DNA of 64,000 nucleotides from Candidatus Moraniibacteriota bacterium (GTDB lineage Bacteria; Patescibacteriota; Minisyncoccia; Moranbacterales; UBA1568): NCBI GenBank assembly GCA_049290235.1, contig JBATNG010000034.1, positions 3,686 to 67,685 of the forward strand, read 5' to 3'. Shown piece by piece: positions 19,369 to 28,871 of this stretch (position 1 is its first letter; each line of letters starts with the position of its first letter). The notes under the pieces were generated by a model. It saw only the letters and a program-made list of their open reading frames with translations, ran no database searches and was not told where the DNA came from. The position numbers and the translations under genes were made by a program.

Positions 19369-19821
19369 ATGTCTCTCATCACACAGATCAGCGATGAACT
19401 GAAGGTGGCCATGAAGGCCGGAGAAACGCTGAAGCGCGATACCTTGCGTTTCCTTCAGAGCGCGGTGAAGAATGCTGCGATCGAAGCGCGTAAACCGGTC
19501 GCCGAGCTCACGGACAGCGAAGTCCAGGACGTCGTGAAGCGGCTCGTGAAACAGCGCAAAGACAGTATCGAGCAGTACCGCGCTGCCGGTCGCGAGGATC
19601 TCGTCGAGAAAGAAGCGGCCGAATTCGCCTTGATCGAAGTCTATCTGCCGGAACAGCTTTCTCGTGAAGCCGTGGCCCAGATCGTTGACCGTGTCCTCGT
19701 CTCCATGCCGGGAGTCACGGCCAAGGATATGGGTCGCGTCATGGGAGCCGTGATGAAAGAAACGGCCGGCCAGGCGGATGGCACGCTCGTTCGAGAACTC
19801 GTCATGGCTAAACTTCACTAG
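19369..19821 (+). CDS. GatB/YqeY-domain protein
   Basis: 'ISDELKVAMKAGETLKRDTLRFLQSAVKNAAIEARK' plus the conserved rpsU-yqeY pairing. Start taken at an internal ATG. Confidence 0.75.
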   Translation: MSLITQISDELKVAMKAGETLKRDTLRFLQSAVKNAAIEARKPVAELTDSEVQDVVKRLVKQRKDSIEQYRAAGREDLVEKEAAEFALIEVYLPEQLSREAVAQIVDRVLVSMPGVTAKDMGRVMGAVMKETAGQADGTLVRELVMAKLH

Positions 19822-19824
19822 GTT

Positions 19825-20310
19825 ATGCGGATTCGGATGACTATTCGAGGAGAGGAAGCCCTACACGGGCTTTCTCTTTTCTTTCTCCGGCGCGTGATCC
19901 GCGAGACGCTCAGTCGATCGTTCCCGCGCATCTTTGGGACGGATCGCACGGTCGTGCTCGATGTGGCCTGTGTGACGGACGCCGAAATCACCAAACTGAA
20001 TAGTGACTACCGGAAGAAGGCGAAGCCGACGGATATTCTTTCTTTTGGTCATTTCGAAGGTCGTTCAGACCTCAGCACCGTTCCAGCCGTCGGGACGATC
20101 GACCTCGGACAGATTGTTCTCTCGCCGGAGTTCATCGCTCGTTCGGCTGCCGAGGATGGTGTATCATGGAGACGCGAGTTCACGTATGTGTTTTCCCATG
20201 GTGTCCTCCACTTGGTCGGTTTCGATCATGAGGAGCGGATGTTCGCTATCCAGGATACCGTGACGGGTATACTCGCCCCCGTCGGCAGCGAGAAAACAAA
20301 ACAATCATGA
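19825..20310 (+). CDS. ybeY: rRNA maturation endoribonuclease YbeY
   Basis: 'ILSFGHFEGR' and the metal-binding 'HGVLHLVGFDHEE'. Confidence 0.8.
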   Translation: MRIRMTIRGEEALHGLSLFFLRRVIRETLSRSFPRIFGTDRTVVLDVACVTDAEITKLNSDYRKKAKPTDILSFGHFEGRSDLSTVPAVGTIDLGQIVLSPEFIARSAAEDGVSWRREFTYVFSHGVLHLVGFDHEERMFAIQDTVTGILAPVGSEKTKQS

Positions 20311-20663
20311 TGAGCCTGCATAAATTTTTCCGGAGTTTCCGCCATGCCCTGAGGGGCATTGCCTATGCGGTCCGGGAAGAGCGTAATTTCCATTTCGAGC
20401 TCGCGGTTGCCATCGCGGTCGTTTTTTTTGCCTGGTATTTTCCGCTGACAACGGATGAACGTACTACGCTGACTCTCGCTATCGTCCTCGTCTTATCGCT
20501 CGAACTCGTGAACACTTCCTTCGAACGGATGCTCGATATGACGAAACCACGTGTCCACCCTTATGTTCGAGTGATCAAGGATCTCGTGGCTGGATCAGTG
20601 CTCATTAGCGCTATCGGGGCGGCGATAATCGGGGCGCTCATCTTTCCTCGGTATATCATGTAG
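20307..20663 (+). CDS. dgkA: Diacylglycerol / undecaprenol kinase (DgkA family)
   Basis: Three TM helices and 'NFHFELAVAIAVVFFAW...LSLELVNTSFERMLDM'. 4-nt overlap with ybeY. Confidence 0.75.
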   Translation: MMSLHKFFRSFRHALRGIAYAVREERNFHFELAVAIAVVFFAWYFPLTTDERTTLTLAIVLVLSLELVNTSFERMLDMTKPRVHPYVRVIKDLVAGSVLISAIGAAIIGALIFPRYIM

Positions 20664-20754
20664 CCCCAGGAGGTGGCAGGCAGGTTTCTCTTGCGGTATA
20701 ATGAGGCGCATGAGCGGCATCCTTCGCTCTCCTCTTTTGTACTGCTTCATACGT

Positions 20755-22023
20755 ATGGCCAAATCACATTACACTGTCGGTCTCGATATCGGCTCGGCCA
20801 GTATCCGCGCCGTCATTGCAGAAGTACCGCCAGACGACGGACCGTTGAAAGTCGTCGGGGTCGGGACGGTTCCGTCCGTCGGCATTCGACGTGGTTTGGT
20901 CGTGCAACCCGAAGAAGTCGCCAAGTCTATCAATTCCGCGCTGGAAGCTGCTGAGCGTATGGCCGGAGCGGCCGTCGACAGCGTCGCCTGTTCGGTCTCG
21001 GGATCGGACCTCTTTGCTCAGTCCGCCATCGGTGTCATCGCCGTGGGCAAGGCGGATGGTGATGTGACCGAGGAAGACCTCGCTCGGATCGTCGAGGAGA
21101 CGCAGGCTCGCACTATCCTCAGCCCCAACAAAGAAATCCTCCATGTCGTCCCGCAGCACTATCGTCTCGATGATCAGGGAGGGATCAAGGACCCAGTGGG
21201 CCTGAAGGGCGTTCGACTCGAGCTCTCGTCGCTCGTCATCGGAACGGGGAGCAATCATCTGAAGAACCTGGTCCGCAGTCTCGAGCTGGCGGGTATTTCC
21301 GCGCACCACTTCATCGCGGAGCCGCTCGCTTCCGCCGAAGCCATCCTCTCCGCCAAACAAAAGGAACTCGGTGTGGTCTTAGTGAATATCGGAGCGAACA
21401 CGACGTCCCTCGCTGTCTTCGAAGACGGGGACTTGCTCCACCTCGCCGTGTTGCCGGTCGGTGGCAGCCATATCACCAATGACATCGCGATCGGTCTCCG
21501 GATCTCGATCGATGTCGCGGAAGCGGTGAAGCTCCAGTATGGCCATGCGATTCCGAGCGAGGTCGGCAAAAAGGAAGCGATCGACCTCTCGGAATTCGAT
21601 TCTCAGGAGACGGACGAAGTGTCGCGGCATCATGTCGCCGAGATCATCGAGGCGCGGCTCGAAGAAATTTTCCATTACGTGAACCTTGAGTTGAAAAATA
21701 TCAATCGTGAGGCACTGCTCCCGGCGGGCGTCATCCTCACGGGCGGCGGGGTCCTCGTGCCGGGTGCCGTGGAGTTGGCGAAGCAGCAGCTCCGTCTCCC
21801 GGCACAGATCGGCTACCCGAAGCCGCTGGGCGGCATCCTCGATCATGTCGATGGTCCGGCCTCAGCGACCGTCGTCGGATTGCTCCTCCTCTCGCTCGAC
21901 GAAGGCAGCGCGAACGATCGATTTTCATTTGGCGGCGCCTCACAATTCCTGAATCGGTTGCCGGGTGATTGGGGAGGGCTTGCGGGCAAGGCCAAGGGTA
22001 TATTCCGTCGCTTCCTGCCCTAA
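20755..22023 (+). CDS. ftsA: Cell division protein FtsA
   Basis: Actin-fold 'YTVGLDIGSASIRAVIAEV' and 'VVLVNIGANTTSLAVFEDG', directly upstream of ftsZ. Confidence 0.85.
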   Translation: MAKSHYTVGLDIGSASIRAVIAEVPPDDGPLKVVGVGTVPSVGIRRGLVVQPEEVAKSINSALEAAERMAGAAVDSVACSVSGSDLFAQSAIGVIAVGKADGDVTEEDLARIVEETQARTILSPNKEILHVVPQHYRLDDQGGIKDPVGLKGVRLELSSLVIGTGSNHLKNLVRSLELAGISAHHFIAEPLASAEAILSAKQKELGVVLVNIGANTTSLAVFEDGDLLHLAVLPVGGSHITNDIAIGLRISIDVAEAVKLQYGHAIPSEVGKKEAIDLSEFDSQETDEVSRHHVAEIIEARLEEIFHYVNLELKNINREALLPAGVILTGGGVLVPGAVELAKQQLRLPAQIGYPKPLGGILDHVDGPASATVVGLLLLSLDEGSANDRFSFGGASQFLNRLPGDWGGLAGKAKGIFRRFLP

Positions 22024-22258
22024 GCGAGTCGCAGGGGTGACGAGACTGATTGGGTGCCGCTCGATTCGCGAGAGAGCCGAGAAACCGCTTCCTCAGGCTG
22101 TTCTATCACTGGAAAACAGCTTTTTTCACGGGGTTGACACTGAGTCGAAGCGCGTGATAGAGTGGTTCATCAAGCGGAGCTGTCCGGGGTGCGGTCAACG
22201 TACCGGGGCGGTCGGCTGGATGCTCATAATTTGACGATTGCTAGACTACAGAGCCCGT

Positions 22259-23536
22259 ATGGCCGAGATCAAACCCGATATTGAGACATTCGCCAAAATC
22301 AAAGTCGTGGGTGTCGGCGGTTCGGGAGGCAATGCGATTTCGCGCATGATCGATGCCAAGATCAAAGGCGTCGAGTTCGTCGCAATCAATACGGATGCTC
22401 AGGCACTCCATCATTCCAAGGCGCAAGAAAAGATTCACATCGGTAAGAACCTGACCAAGGGTCTCGGTGCCGGGATGAACCCCGAGATTGGTCGTCAAGC
22501 GGCCGAAGAAAATCGTGATGAGATTCAGGAAGTCTTGAAGGGTGCGGACATGGTGTTCGTCACGTGCGGTCTCGGTGGCGGGACGGGTTCGGGTGCCGCG
22601 CCGATCGTCGCGGAAACGGCCAAAGAACTCGGGGCTCTGACCGTCGGGGTCGTCACGCGCCCGTTCGCTTTCGAAGGGTCGCAGCGTCGTGCCATCTCTG
22701 AAGAAGCCTTGAACAATCTGAAGGACCGCGTCGACACCCTCATCACTATCCCGAACGACAAGCTCCTCTCCATCATCGACCGCAAGACCACTCTCATTTC
22801 CGCCTTCCGCATTGTCGACGATGTACTCCGTCAGGGTGTGCAGGGCATCTCGGACCTCATCACTCGCCCGGGTATCGTGAACGTCGACTTCGCCGATGTC
22901 CGTGCCATCATGCAGGACTCTGGTAGCGCTCTCATGGGTATCGGCATCGCCAGCGGCGAGAATCGTGCCGTCGAGGCTGCTCGGGCAGCGATCAGTAGCC
23001 CGCTCCTCGAACTCTCGATCGATGGGGCCAAGGGCGTCCTCTTCAATATCTCGGGCTCGACGGATGTCGGCATGCTCGAAATCAACGAAGCCGCCAATAT
23101 CATCACCGAAAATATTGATCCGAATGCCAAGGTTATCTTCGGCGCGGTGGTGGACGATCAGATCCGGAAGGGTGACATCCAGATCACCGTCGTGGCCACC
23201 GGCTTTGACTCGGGCAAGATCCAAGAGATGCCGATCGGTCTCGTCCAGCGTGTGAAGCCGAGCCCGACTATCGGTCAAATGACCCAGTCACAGCATCAGA
23301 CTCCGACTCAGAATTACAACCAGAGCTATCGCCGCGAAGAACCGGTGAATGAGTCGACCGATGAACCGGAAGAACTCCGCACCTTTACCTCTCGCGCCAT
23401 CGAGCCGACACCCCTCATCATCGAAGAAAAGATCCAACCGAAGAGTTTCGGCCTCCGGCAGGAATCCAAAGACATCGTCGACGAAGGCGAAGACCTCGAA
23501 ATCCCGGCCTTCATCCGCCGCAAGATGAAGAAATAA
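22259..23536 (+). CDS. ftsZ: Cell division GTPase FtsZ
   Basis: '[17 protein letters not shown]' and the tubulin signature '[16 protein letters not shown]'. Confidence 0.95.
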   Translation: MAEIKPDIETFAKIKVVGVGGSGGNAISRMIDAKIKGVEFVAINTDAQALHHSKAQEKIHIGKNLTKGLGAGMNPEIGRQAAEENRDEIQEVLKGADMVFVTCGLGGGTGSGAAPIVAETAKELGALTVGVVTRPFAFEGSQRRAISEEALNNLKDRVDTLITIPNDKLLSIIDRKTTLISAFRIVDDVLRQGVQGISDLITRPGIVNVDFADVRAIMQDSGSALMGIGIASGENRAVEAARAAISSPLLELSIDGAKGVLFNISGSTDVGMLEINEAANIITENIDPNAKVIFGAVVDDQIRKGDIQITVVATGFDSGKIQEMPIGLVQRVKPSPTIGQMTQSQHQTPTQNYNQSYRREEPVNESTDEPEELRTFTSRAIEPTPLIIEEKIQPKSFGLRQESKDIVDEGEDLEIPAFIRRKMKK

Positions 23537-23594
23537 TGGTCAAAGCGCTCCGAGAGGGGCGCTTTGACACCCCTTAATACTAAGAACTCTAGTC

Positions 23595-24554
23595 TTGAAA
23601 CACTTCACGGTTGAAGACATCGATCTTAGAAGGTACAGACCAGAAATCGAGCTTCAGGTTGTTGGTGGTTCTCGTCCTCGGCTTACCCTGATACATCGAA
23701 AGCAAAAAACAAAATACATATTTAAAACATATACCCATGACTCGAGAGAGGTGTGGGCAGAAAGCCTAGCAAGTCACCTGGGGCCTATTTTCGGTATTGA
23801 TGTTCAGCGGGTGGTTATTAAATCATCTTCCCCGGAACTTACAAAGGTATTGAGAGGGGCCGTTCCTGATATACCAACTGATTGGAAGCCCATAGGAACA
23901 TTAGCTAGAAATATATTCCCGCGGGGTCAGGAAATCAATTACGGTGCTAGCATTGTCCAAGAATTATCAAAGCCTTTGCCTTTGGAGGAGATCGAGAGAA
24001 GGATTGGCCAGAGGTACTACGCGCCTGAAGACTTGTTACAGAGATTTGCTCAGATGATAGTATTCGATGCTCTCATCGGAAACATGGATCGGCATCATGA
24101 AAACTGGGGGATTGTTGAAACGGTAAAGTATAAACAACTAGTGCTGTTTGATAAGAAGCGACTTAAAGAAGGGAGGCAATTTACACCCCTCTACGATCAC
24201 GGGAGTAGTCTGATGTTTGAGTTGGACGAATCAATAGTCAGACGATATCTAAAAAACGAAAAAGAGTTTATAGACGTCTATGTAAAGGGTAAGCCTTATT
24301 CCTTTGTATGCCTGCCCGATGGTAAAAGGGCAAACATATTTCAGGTAATCGAGTATCACACTGGTCACAGGACAGATTGGGGAAAACGGTTTATTAAGGA
24401 AATAAAAAATCTTGATGGTGTATCGTTACTAGAAATCGCAAAGGCTATCGCAAAAATGCCGAATACAAAACACATTGATTATACTGAAGATAGAAAAGAA
24501 CTGTTGCTTCGCTCAATTTTGCTCAGAATAGATTTACTGCGGAGCATGGTATAA
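23595..24554 (+). CDS. HipA_C-like (HipT/CtkA-like) Ser/Thr kinase, short form; candidate TA toxin
   Basis: 'VFDALIGNMDRHHENWGIVE' matches the HipA catalytic 'LIGNTDDHLKNFS' and 'FTPLYDHGSSL' matches the HipA 'APAYDLVST' Mg-binding loop. At 319 aa it lacks the HipA N-terminal subdomain. Low GC relative to its flanks; TTG start. Confidence 0.5.
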   Translation: MKHFTVEDIDLRRYRPEIELQVVGGSRPRLTLIHRKQKTKYIFKTYTHDSREVWAESLASHLGPIFGIDVQRVVIKSSSPELTKVLRGAVPDIPTDWKPIGTLARNIFPRGQEINYGASIVQELSKPLPLEEIERRIGQRYYAPEDLLQRFAQMIVFDALIGNMDRHHENWGIVETVKYKQLVLFDKKRLKEGRQFTPLYDHGSSLMFELDESIVRRYLKNEKEFIDVYVKGKPYSFVCLPDGKRANIFQVIEYHTGHRTDWGKRFIKEIKNLDGVSLLEIAKAIAKMPNTKHIDYTEDRKELLLRSILLRIDLLRSMV

Positions 24555-24573
24555 TGGAACTTCTGAAGCCCAT

Positions 24574-24903
24574 ATGAATAGAAAATCTGATAATCATAAG
24601 CCGGTAGTGTACAGGCTTATCAATGAAGAGTTAGGTGCCGATTTTGGACGAGTTAGTTTCAATGGGAAGTTTGTATTCGAACTTGCTCCAAATGTTGATT
24701 TTGACACCTGGAAGCAAGTTGGTATTATCCCCCTCGATGGGGATAAGCGTAGAGTGGAGGTGGCCAATGACCTATTCTATTTTTTAAACTCTAGGCTACC
24801 AAAGCATTTAAGAAATAGTTCTCCAGAAGTTAAGATGGAGTATATCAATAAGACTGGCCTAAGAGTTGCATCTGATAGTTTTAAGCTTGAACGAACCATC
24901 TGA
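24574..24903 (+). CDS. Small hypothetical protein immediately downstream of the HipA-like kinase; candidate partner/antitoxin
   Basis: 109 aa, 19-nt spacing, same low-GC composition. No recognisable domain. Confidence 0.35.
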   Translation: MNRKSDNHKPVVYRLINEELGADFGRVSFNGKFVFELAPNVDFDTWKQVGIIPLDGDKRRVEVANDLFYFLNSRLPKHLRNSSPEVKMEYINKTGLRVASDSFKLERTI

Positions 24904-24986
24904 TTTAAAATGCCCTCTCATAATTTAAGCCCGCGGCGCTACCTCGGGTTTTGGTTTTGCATGGGGTTTGCTAGAGTAGGGGCAGT

Positions 24987-26441
24987 ATGGAACCCAAGCC
25001 AATAAGCAGAACATTTGTCTTCGCGGAACTCGTACTCCTTTTCTTGGGTACAGGTTTTTTGTCATATCGGTTGCTCTTGGTCCGAGCGGCGTCTGGCATT
25101 GATCCGTGGGTGCTCGAGCTGCAACAGCCGATAGAAAATCGACTGAAATGGGAAAATGGTGGGGGATGGAATCAGTACACGAGTCGCTATCAGAGCGTCG
25201 CGTTTCGGTATTCGCTATTCGATGACGAAGTGATAGAGAGCGATAGTGGGATCTCCCTCACTCAATCGAAAAAGCCGAACTCGGTGGTTTCGAATCAGTC
25301 CATTACGCTGAAAACGTTCGAAAACAAACACGGACTCAGCCCTTTGCATTGGTGGCTTTCTAGCCAGATGCAACACCAAGACTGGGAGATATTGATGCGG
25401 AGTCAGTGGAAACTGGTCGATGCCGATGATGTCCGACCTCAACTCGTAGTGGTCGGACCAGCGCGTTGGGACGACCAGCAGTACGTGTACTCGTATTTTC
25501 CCTGCGGACAAAGAATGTGCGAGGTGAGGACACTCGCTCATCGAGACGAGTACGCCGAAACGGTGTATCGCCGTTTGCTCATGACGGCAGAAGGATGGCA
25601 ATCCGACGCGCTCGGGTTCAATCCGACGGAATGGGACCAACGGTATGAAAATACACTCGCGGGATATGCGCTCCGCTATCCTGGATTTGATGTCGACAAG
25701 TCGGTCCGAGCGCCTGAACGCGATCAAGACGATGCAACATCGATAGATCGCGTAGTTCGTTTGCCATCGCAAATTGGGATGACGATCAGTGCGACATTCT
25801 GTTCCATCCCCGGGTTGCAGTACGACGACATGGACATTGAAACGTATCTGCAGGAAGTGCCTCGTGCCGGATTCCGAGAACGCTGGAGCATCAAAGTCCC
25901 GGGTTCGGACTGGGCCCAGGCCGTGAGAATCGTGGGGCGGGATGCTTTGTCTGGGCTGCACACCTATCAAGACGAACGAGTGACACCGGATGAGGCGGTG
26001 TACATTAAGCGCGATGGCCTCTTGCTCATCATCACGCTGGATGGACTTGGTCGGAAGGATTTGTTTGATGCGATCGTGAACGAAATTGAACTCTTGCCAT
26101 TAGAAAATCTAACCGAGTTGACTGGAGACGGAGCCTGCGGCATGCACCAACAAGATATGAGCGATACGGTCGGTTCATATTGGGTGAATAAGTATGTCGT
26201 CATGTATATCCCTCGGGGACAGGATCCGAGCGAGGAGATGAGGCTACCCGGGGTGTATTCGGAAAATTTTGAAAATCTGGACCATGGTTGGGGCCGTCAG
26301 ACGGAAAACGGATGGATCCTCTGTCGAGGTAAGCGAAACTACATGGAGTACACATCATTTCATATTTCTGATCCTGAAAAGGGGATAGCCGAAAACGATC
26401 ATGGGAAGTACCAGTGTTCTGAAACTGGATTTGCGGAATGA
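24987..26441 (+). CDS. Membrane-anchored hypothetical protein (484 aa)
   Basis: One N-terminal TM 'FVFAELVLLFLGTGFLSY' and a large Trp/Asp-rich ectodomain. No family recognised. Confidence 0.4.
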   Translation: MEPKPISRTFVFAELVLLFLGTGFLSYRLLLVRAASGIDPWVLELQQPIENRLKWENGGGWNQYTSRYQSVAFRYSLFDDEVIESDSGISLTQSKKPNSVVSNQSITLKTFENKHGLSPLHWWLSSQMQHQDWEILMRSQWKLVDADDVRPQLVVVGPARWDDQQYVYSYFPCGQRMCEVRTLAHRDEYAETVYRRLLMTAEGWQSDALGFNPTEWDQRYENTLAGYALRYPGFDVDKSVRAPERDQDDATSIDRVVRLPSQIGMTISATFCSIPGLQYDDMDIETYLQEVPRAGFRERWSIKVPGSDWAQAVRIVGRDALSGLHTYQDERVTPDEAVYIKRDGLLLIITLDGLGRKDLFDAIVNEIELLPLENLTELTGDGACGMHQQDMSDTVGSYWVNKYVVMYIPRGQDPSEEMRLPGVYSENFENLDHGWGRQTENGWILCRGKRNYMEYTSFHISDPEKGIAENDHGKYQCSETGFAE

Positions 26442-26605
26442 AATCTTAATCTATGAAAACTGAAAAAAAACAAAAGAAAATTCTTTTCGCTGGACTGATC
26501 TGTGCCGAGCGCCTGCAAAGGGCGGTCTGAAAGCCTATTTTTTTATCACTGAAAGCTGGGAGGCATTTGCTATACTACCCAAGTAACTTTTGACAACCTT
26601 GGGGT

Positions 26606-27508
26606 ATGCAAAAAATTGTCCCGCACCTTTGGTTTGACAAGGAAGCCAAAGCCGCGGCCGATTTCTACACTGCTGTTTTTCCAGACTCAAAGATCACGCA
26701 CACGGCGGTCCTCCATGACACGCCGTCAGGGGATTGTGACATCGTCTCCTTCGATGTGTGGGGGTACTCCTTCATGGCGATCAGTGCTGGTCCGCTTTTC
26801 AAATTCACCCCCGCGACTTCCTTCATGGTCAATTTCGATCCGTCCCAGGACAAGGAGGCGGCCACTCGGCTCGATGCCGTGTGGGAGAAACTCTCGGAGG
26901 ACGGCCAGGTGCTCATGCTGTTGGATACATATCCTTTCAGCGAGCACTATGGCTGGATCCAAGACAAGTACGGCTTGTCCTGGCAGCTCATCTTGACCGA
27001 TCCTGCGGGCGAGGAGCGACCATTCGTCATCCCTTCCTTCATGTTCACGGGAGACAGAACGGGTAAAGCTGATGAGGCGATTGATTTCTATGTGTCGGTG
27101 TTCAAGGATTCGAAGCGCGGGATGTCCGCACCGTATCCTAAAGGCGCAGCGCCTGAGCCGGACGCGAAGCTCATGTTCGCCGAGTTCATGTTGGAGGGTC
27201 AATGGTTCACGGCCATGGATAGCGGTCATATGCACGAGTTCGATTTCAATGAGGCGGTGTCGCTCGTCGTCCGCTGCGAGGACCAGGCAGAGGTCGACTT
27301 TTACTGGGAGAGACTTTCGGCGGTACCAGAAGCAGAGCAGTGCGGCTGGCTCAAGGACAAATACGGCGTTTCCTGGCAAATCGTCCCGAGGGATATGGAT
27401 GAGTACATGCAGGGGACGCCCGAACAGATTGACCGCGTGACCCAGGCTTTCCTGCCGATGAAGAAATTTGATTTGGCAGCCCTTCGTCGGGCATACGAAG
27501 GAGAGTAG
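26606..27508 (+). CDS. Tandem PhnB-like / 3-demethylubiquinone-9 3-methyltransferase-domain (VOC/glyoxalase superfamily) protein
   Basis: Two internal repeats, each with 'HLWFD...AADFY...F..S', and 'DKYGLSWQLIL' / 'DKYGVSWQIV'. Confidence 0.6.
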   Translation: MQKIVPHLWFDKEAKAAADFYTAVFPDSKITHTAVLHDTPSGDCDIVSFDVWGYSFMAISAGPLFKFTPATSFMVNFDPSQDKEAATRLDAVWEKLSEDGQVLMLLDTYPFSEHYGWIQDKYGLSWQLILTDPAGEERPFVIPSFMFTGDRTGKADEAIDFYVSVFKDSKRGMSAPYPKGAAPEPDAKLMFAEFMLEGQWFTAMDSGHMHEFDFNEAVSLVVRCEDQAEVDFYWERLSAVPEAEQCGWLKDKYGVSWQIVPRDMDEYMQGTPEQIDRVTQAFLPMKKFDLAALRRAYEGE

Positions 27509-27598
27509 TGAATAACCGCCCTCCCATTTTGAGAAACTGGCTTTAGTCACAATTCCGAATAACAGCCACGGTTTTCTGTGGTGAATTGAGTAGAGAGC

Positions 27599-28246
27599 AT
27601 GAGCGCAAGACAAGCCGCTAGGAAAAACCTGAAGGACGTGGAGCTCATCATCACTGATTGGAGCGGCGTCATCAGTGATGACCGGAAAATCGTGTACGAG
27701 TCTAGCATGAGGCTGCTTCAGAAATATGGTGGATCGCCTTGGCCTTTTGAGAAGTGGCTAGAGGCTTCACAGCTCACCTGTGCGGCTTTTCTTGAATCAG
27801 TTGGTCTTCGGCTCGATCCAGCTGTAGTGGCTGAAGAGTACCCCGCTCTACTTACGACACTTCGAAAAGAAGGACTGCATCCCACCGTGTATCCCGATGC
27901 GCACATGTTTGTTCGGGGTATTGGTGAACGGGAGATAGTAGTGGTGAGTAGTCACCCCGAGCAGCACCTCTCTGCAGAGGCCGACGAGTATGGTCTCACT
28001 GACTGCATCGCTCATTTCATCGGGAACGTCACTAACAAGGCAGAGGAAATCATTCGGGTACTCGAAAGGTTTCCTTCTCGGCAAGCGTTGTATATGGGGG
28101 ATACGGTCTATGACATCCAGGCAGCGAAACGGGCAGGGGTGATTTCAGTGGGGATGGCTACGGGTTACCACACGAGGGACCGTTTGATCCGAGAGACTCC
28201 AGACCACGTTTTCGACTCTCTGACCGAGCTTCTTGCTGAACTGTGA
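27599..28246 (+). CDS. HAD-superfamily hydrolase (phosphatase)
   Basis: Motif I 'LIITDWSGVISDD' and motif IV 'YMGDTVYDIQAAKRAG'. Confidence 0.7.
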   Translation: MSARQAARKNLKDVELIITDWSGVISDDRKIVYESSMRLLQKYGGSPWPFEKWLEASQLTCAAFLESVGLRLDPAVVAEEYPALLTTLRKEGLHPTVYPDAHMFVRGIGEREIVVVSSHPEQHLSAEADEYGLTDCIAHFIGNVTNKAEEIIRVLERFPSRQALYMGDTVYDIQAAKRAGVISVGMATGYHTRDRLIRETPDHVFDSLTELLAEL

Positions 28247-28402
28247 ACAGGTTGGGCTTGCGAAGGGCCATTACCCAGGAGTGCGATTCAGGCCTTTTCT
28301 TTTCCCTTGGATTTGCTAGAGTGGGGGACACGCTTTGGTCTCGTATCTCTCTACTCCCTACCAGTTACCAGCTACAAGCTAATAGCTAACCCCTGGGTTC
28401 AT

Positions 28403-28855
28403 ATGCGCTGTCCATTTTGTAATCACCCAGAGTCCAAAGTGACCGACTCACGCGAGACGCTCGAGGGCCGGGTCATCCGCCGCCGTCGCGAGTGCCTGTC
28501 ATGCCAGGCACGGTTTTCGACCTATGAACAGGCCGAGCTCTTCCGTGTCTCGGTGTTGAAGAAAGACGGGACACATCAGCCCTACACGCGGAAGAAGATC
28601 GAGATGGGACTGCGAAAGGCCTTTGAGAAACGACCGTTTGCCGAGGACCGACTGGAGAAATTGCTCGGTGCGATCGAGTATACCATCGCTGAGAAGGCGA
28701 AGAAGAATCAGATCGCGAGCCGTGACATCGGCACGATCGTGTTGGACAAGTTGAAGGACGTTGACGAGGTGGCGTACATCCGCTTTGCCAGCGTGTATCA
28801 GTCCTTCGGGAGCGCGAGAGGATTCCGGCGGGTTTTGGAAAAATTCGAACAATAA
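28403..28855 (+). CDS. nrdR: Transcriptional repressor NrdR
   Basis: 'MRCPFCNHPESKVTDSRE...RRRECLSCQARFSTYE' zinc ribbon plus an ATP-cone. Confidence 0.9.
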   Translation: MRCPFCNHPESKVTDSRETLEGRVIRRRRECLSCQARFSTYEQAELFRVSVLKKDGTHQPYTRKKIEMGLRKAFEKRPFAEDRLEKLLGAIEYTIAEKAKKNQIASRDIGTIVLDKLKDVDEVAYIRFASVYQSFGSARGFRRVLEKFEQ

Positions 28856-28871
28856 TTCAAGGGCGATTTGA

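Noticed and set aside
22241-23278. 345-aa ORF antisense to ftsZ, and similar long antisense ORFs (558-1211, 26726-27613, 45944-47125, 47636-48772, 25215-25970, 58034-58423 and others)
   Set aside because: High-GC DNA generates long stop-free antisense frames. In every case the opposite strand encodes a protein with clear family motifs, and the antisense products are Arg/Asp/His-rich low-complexity.
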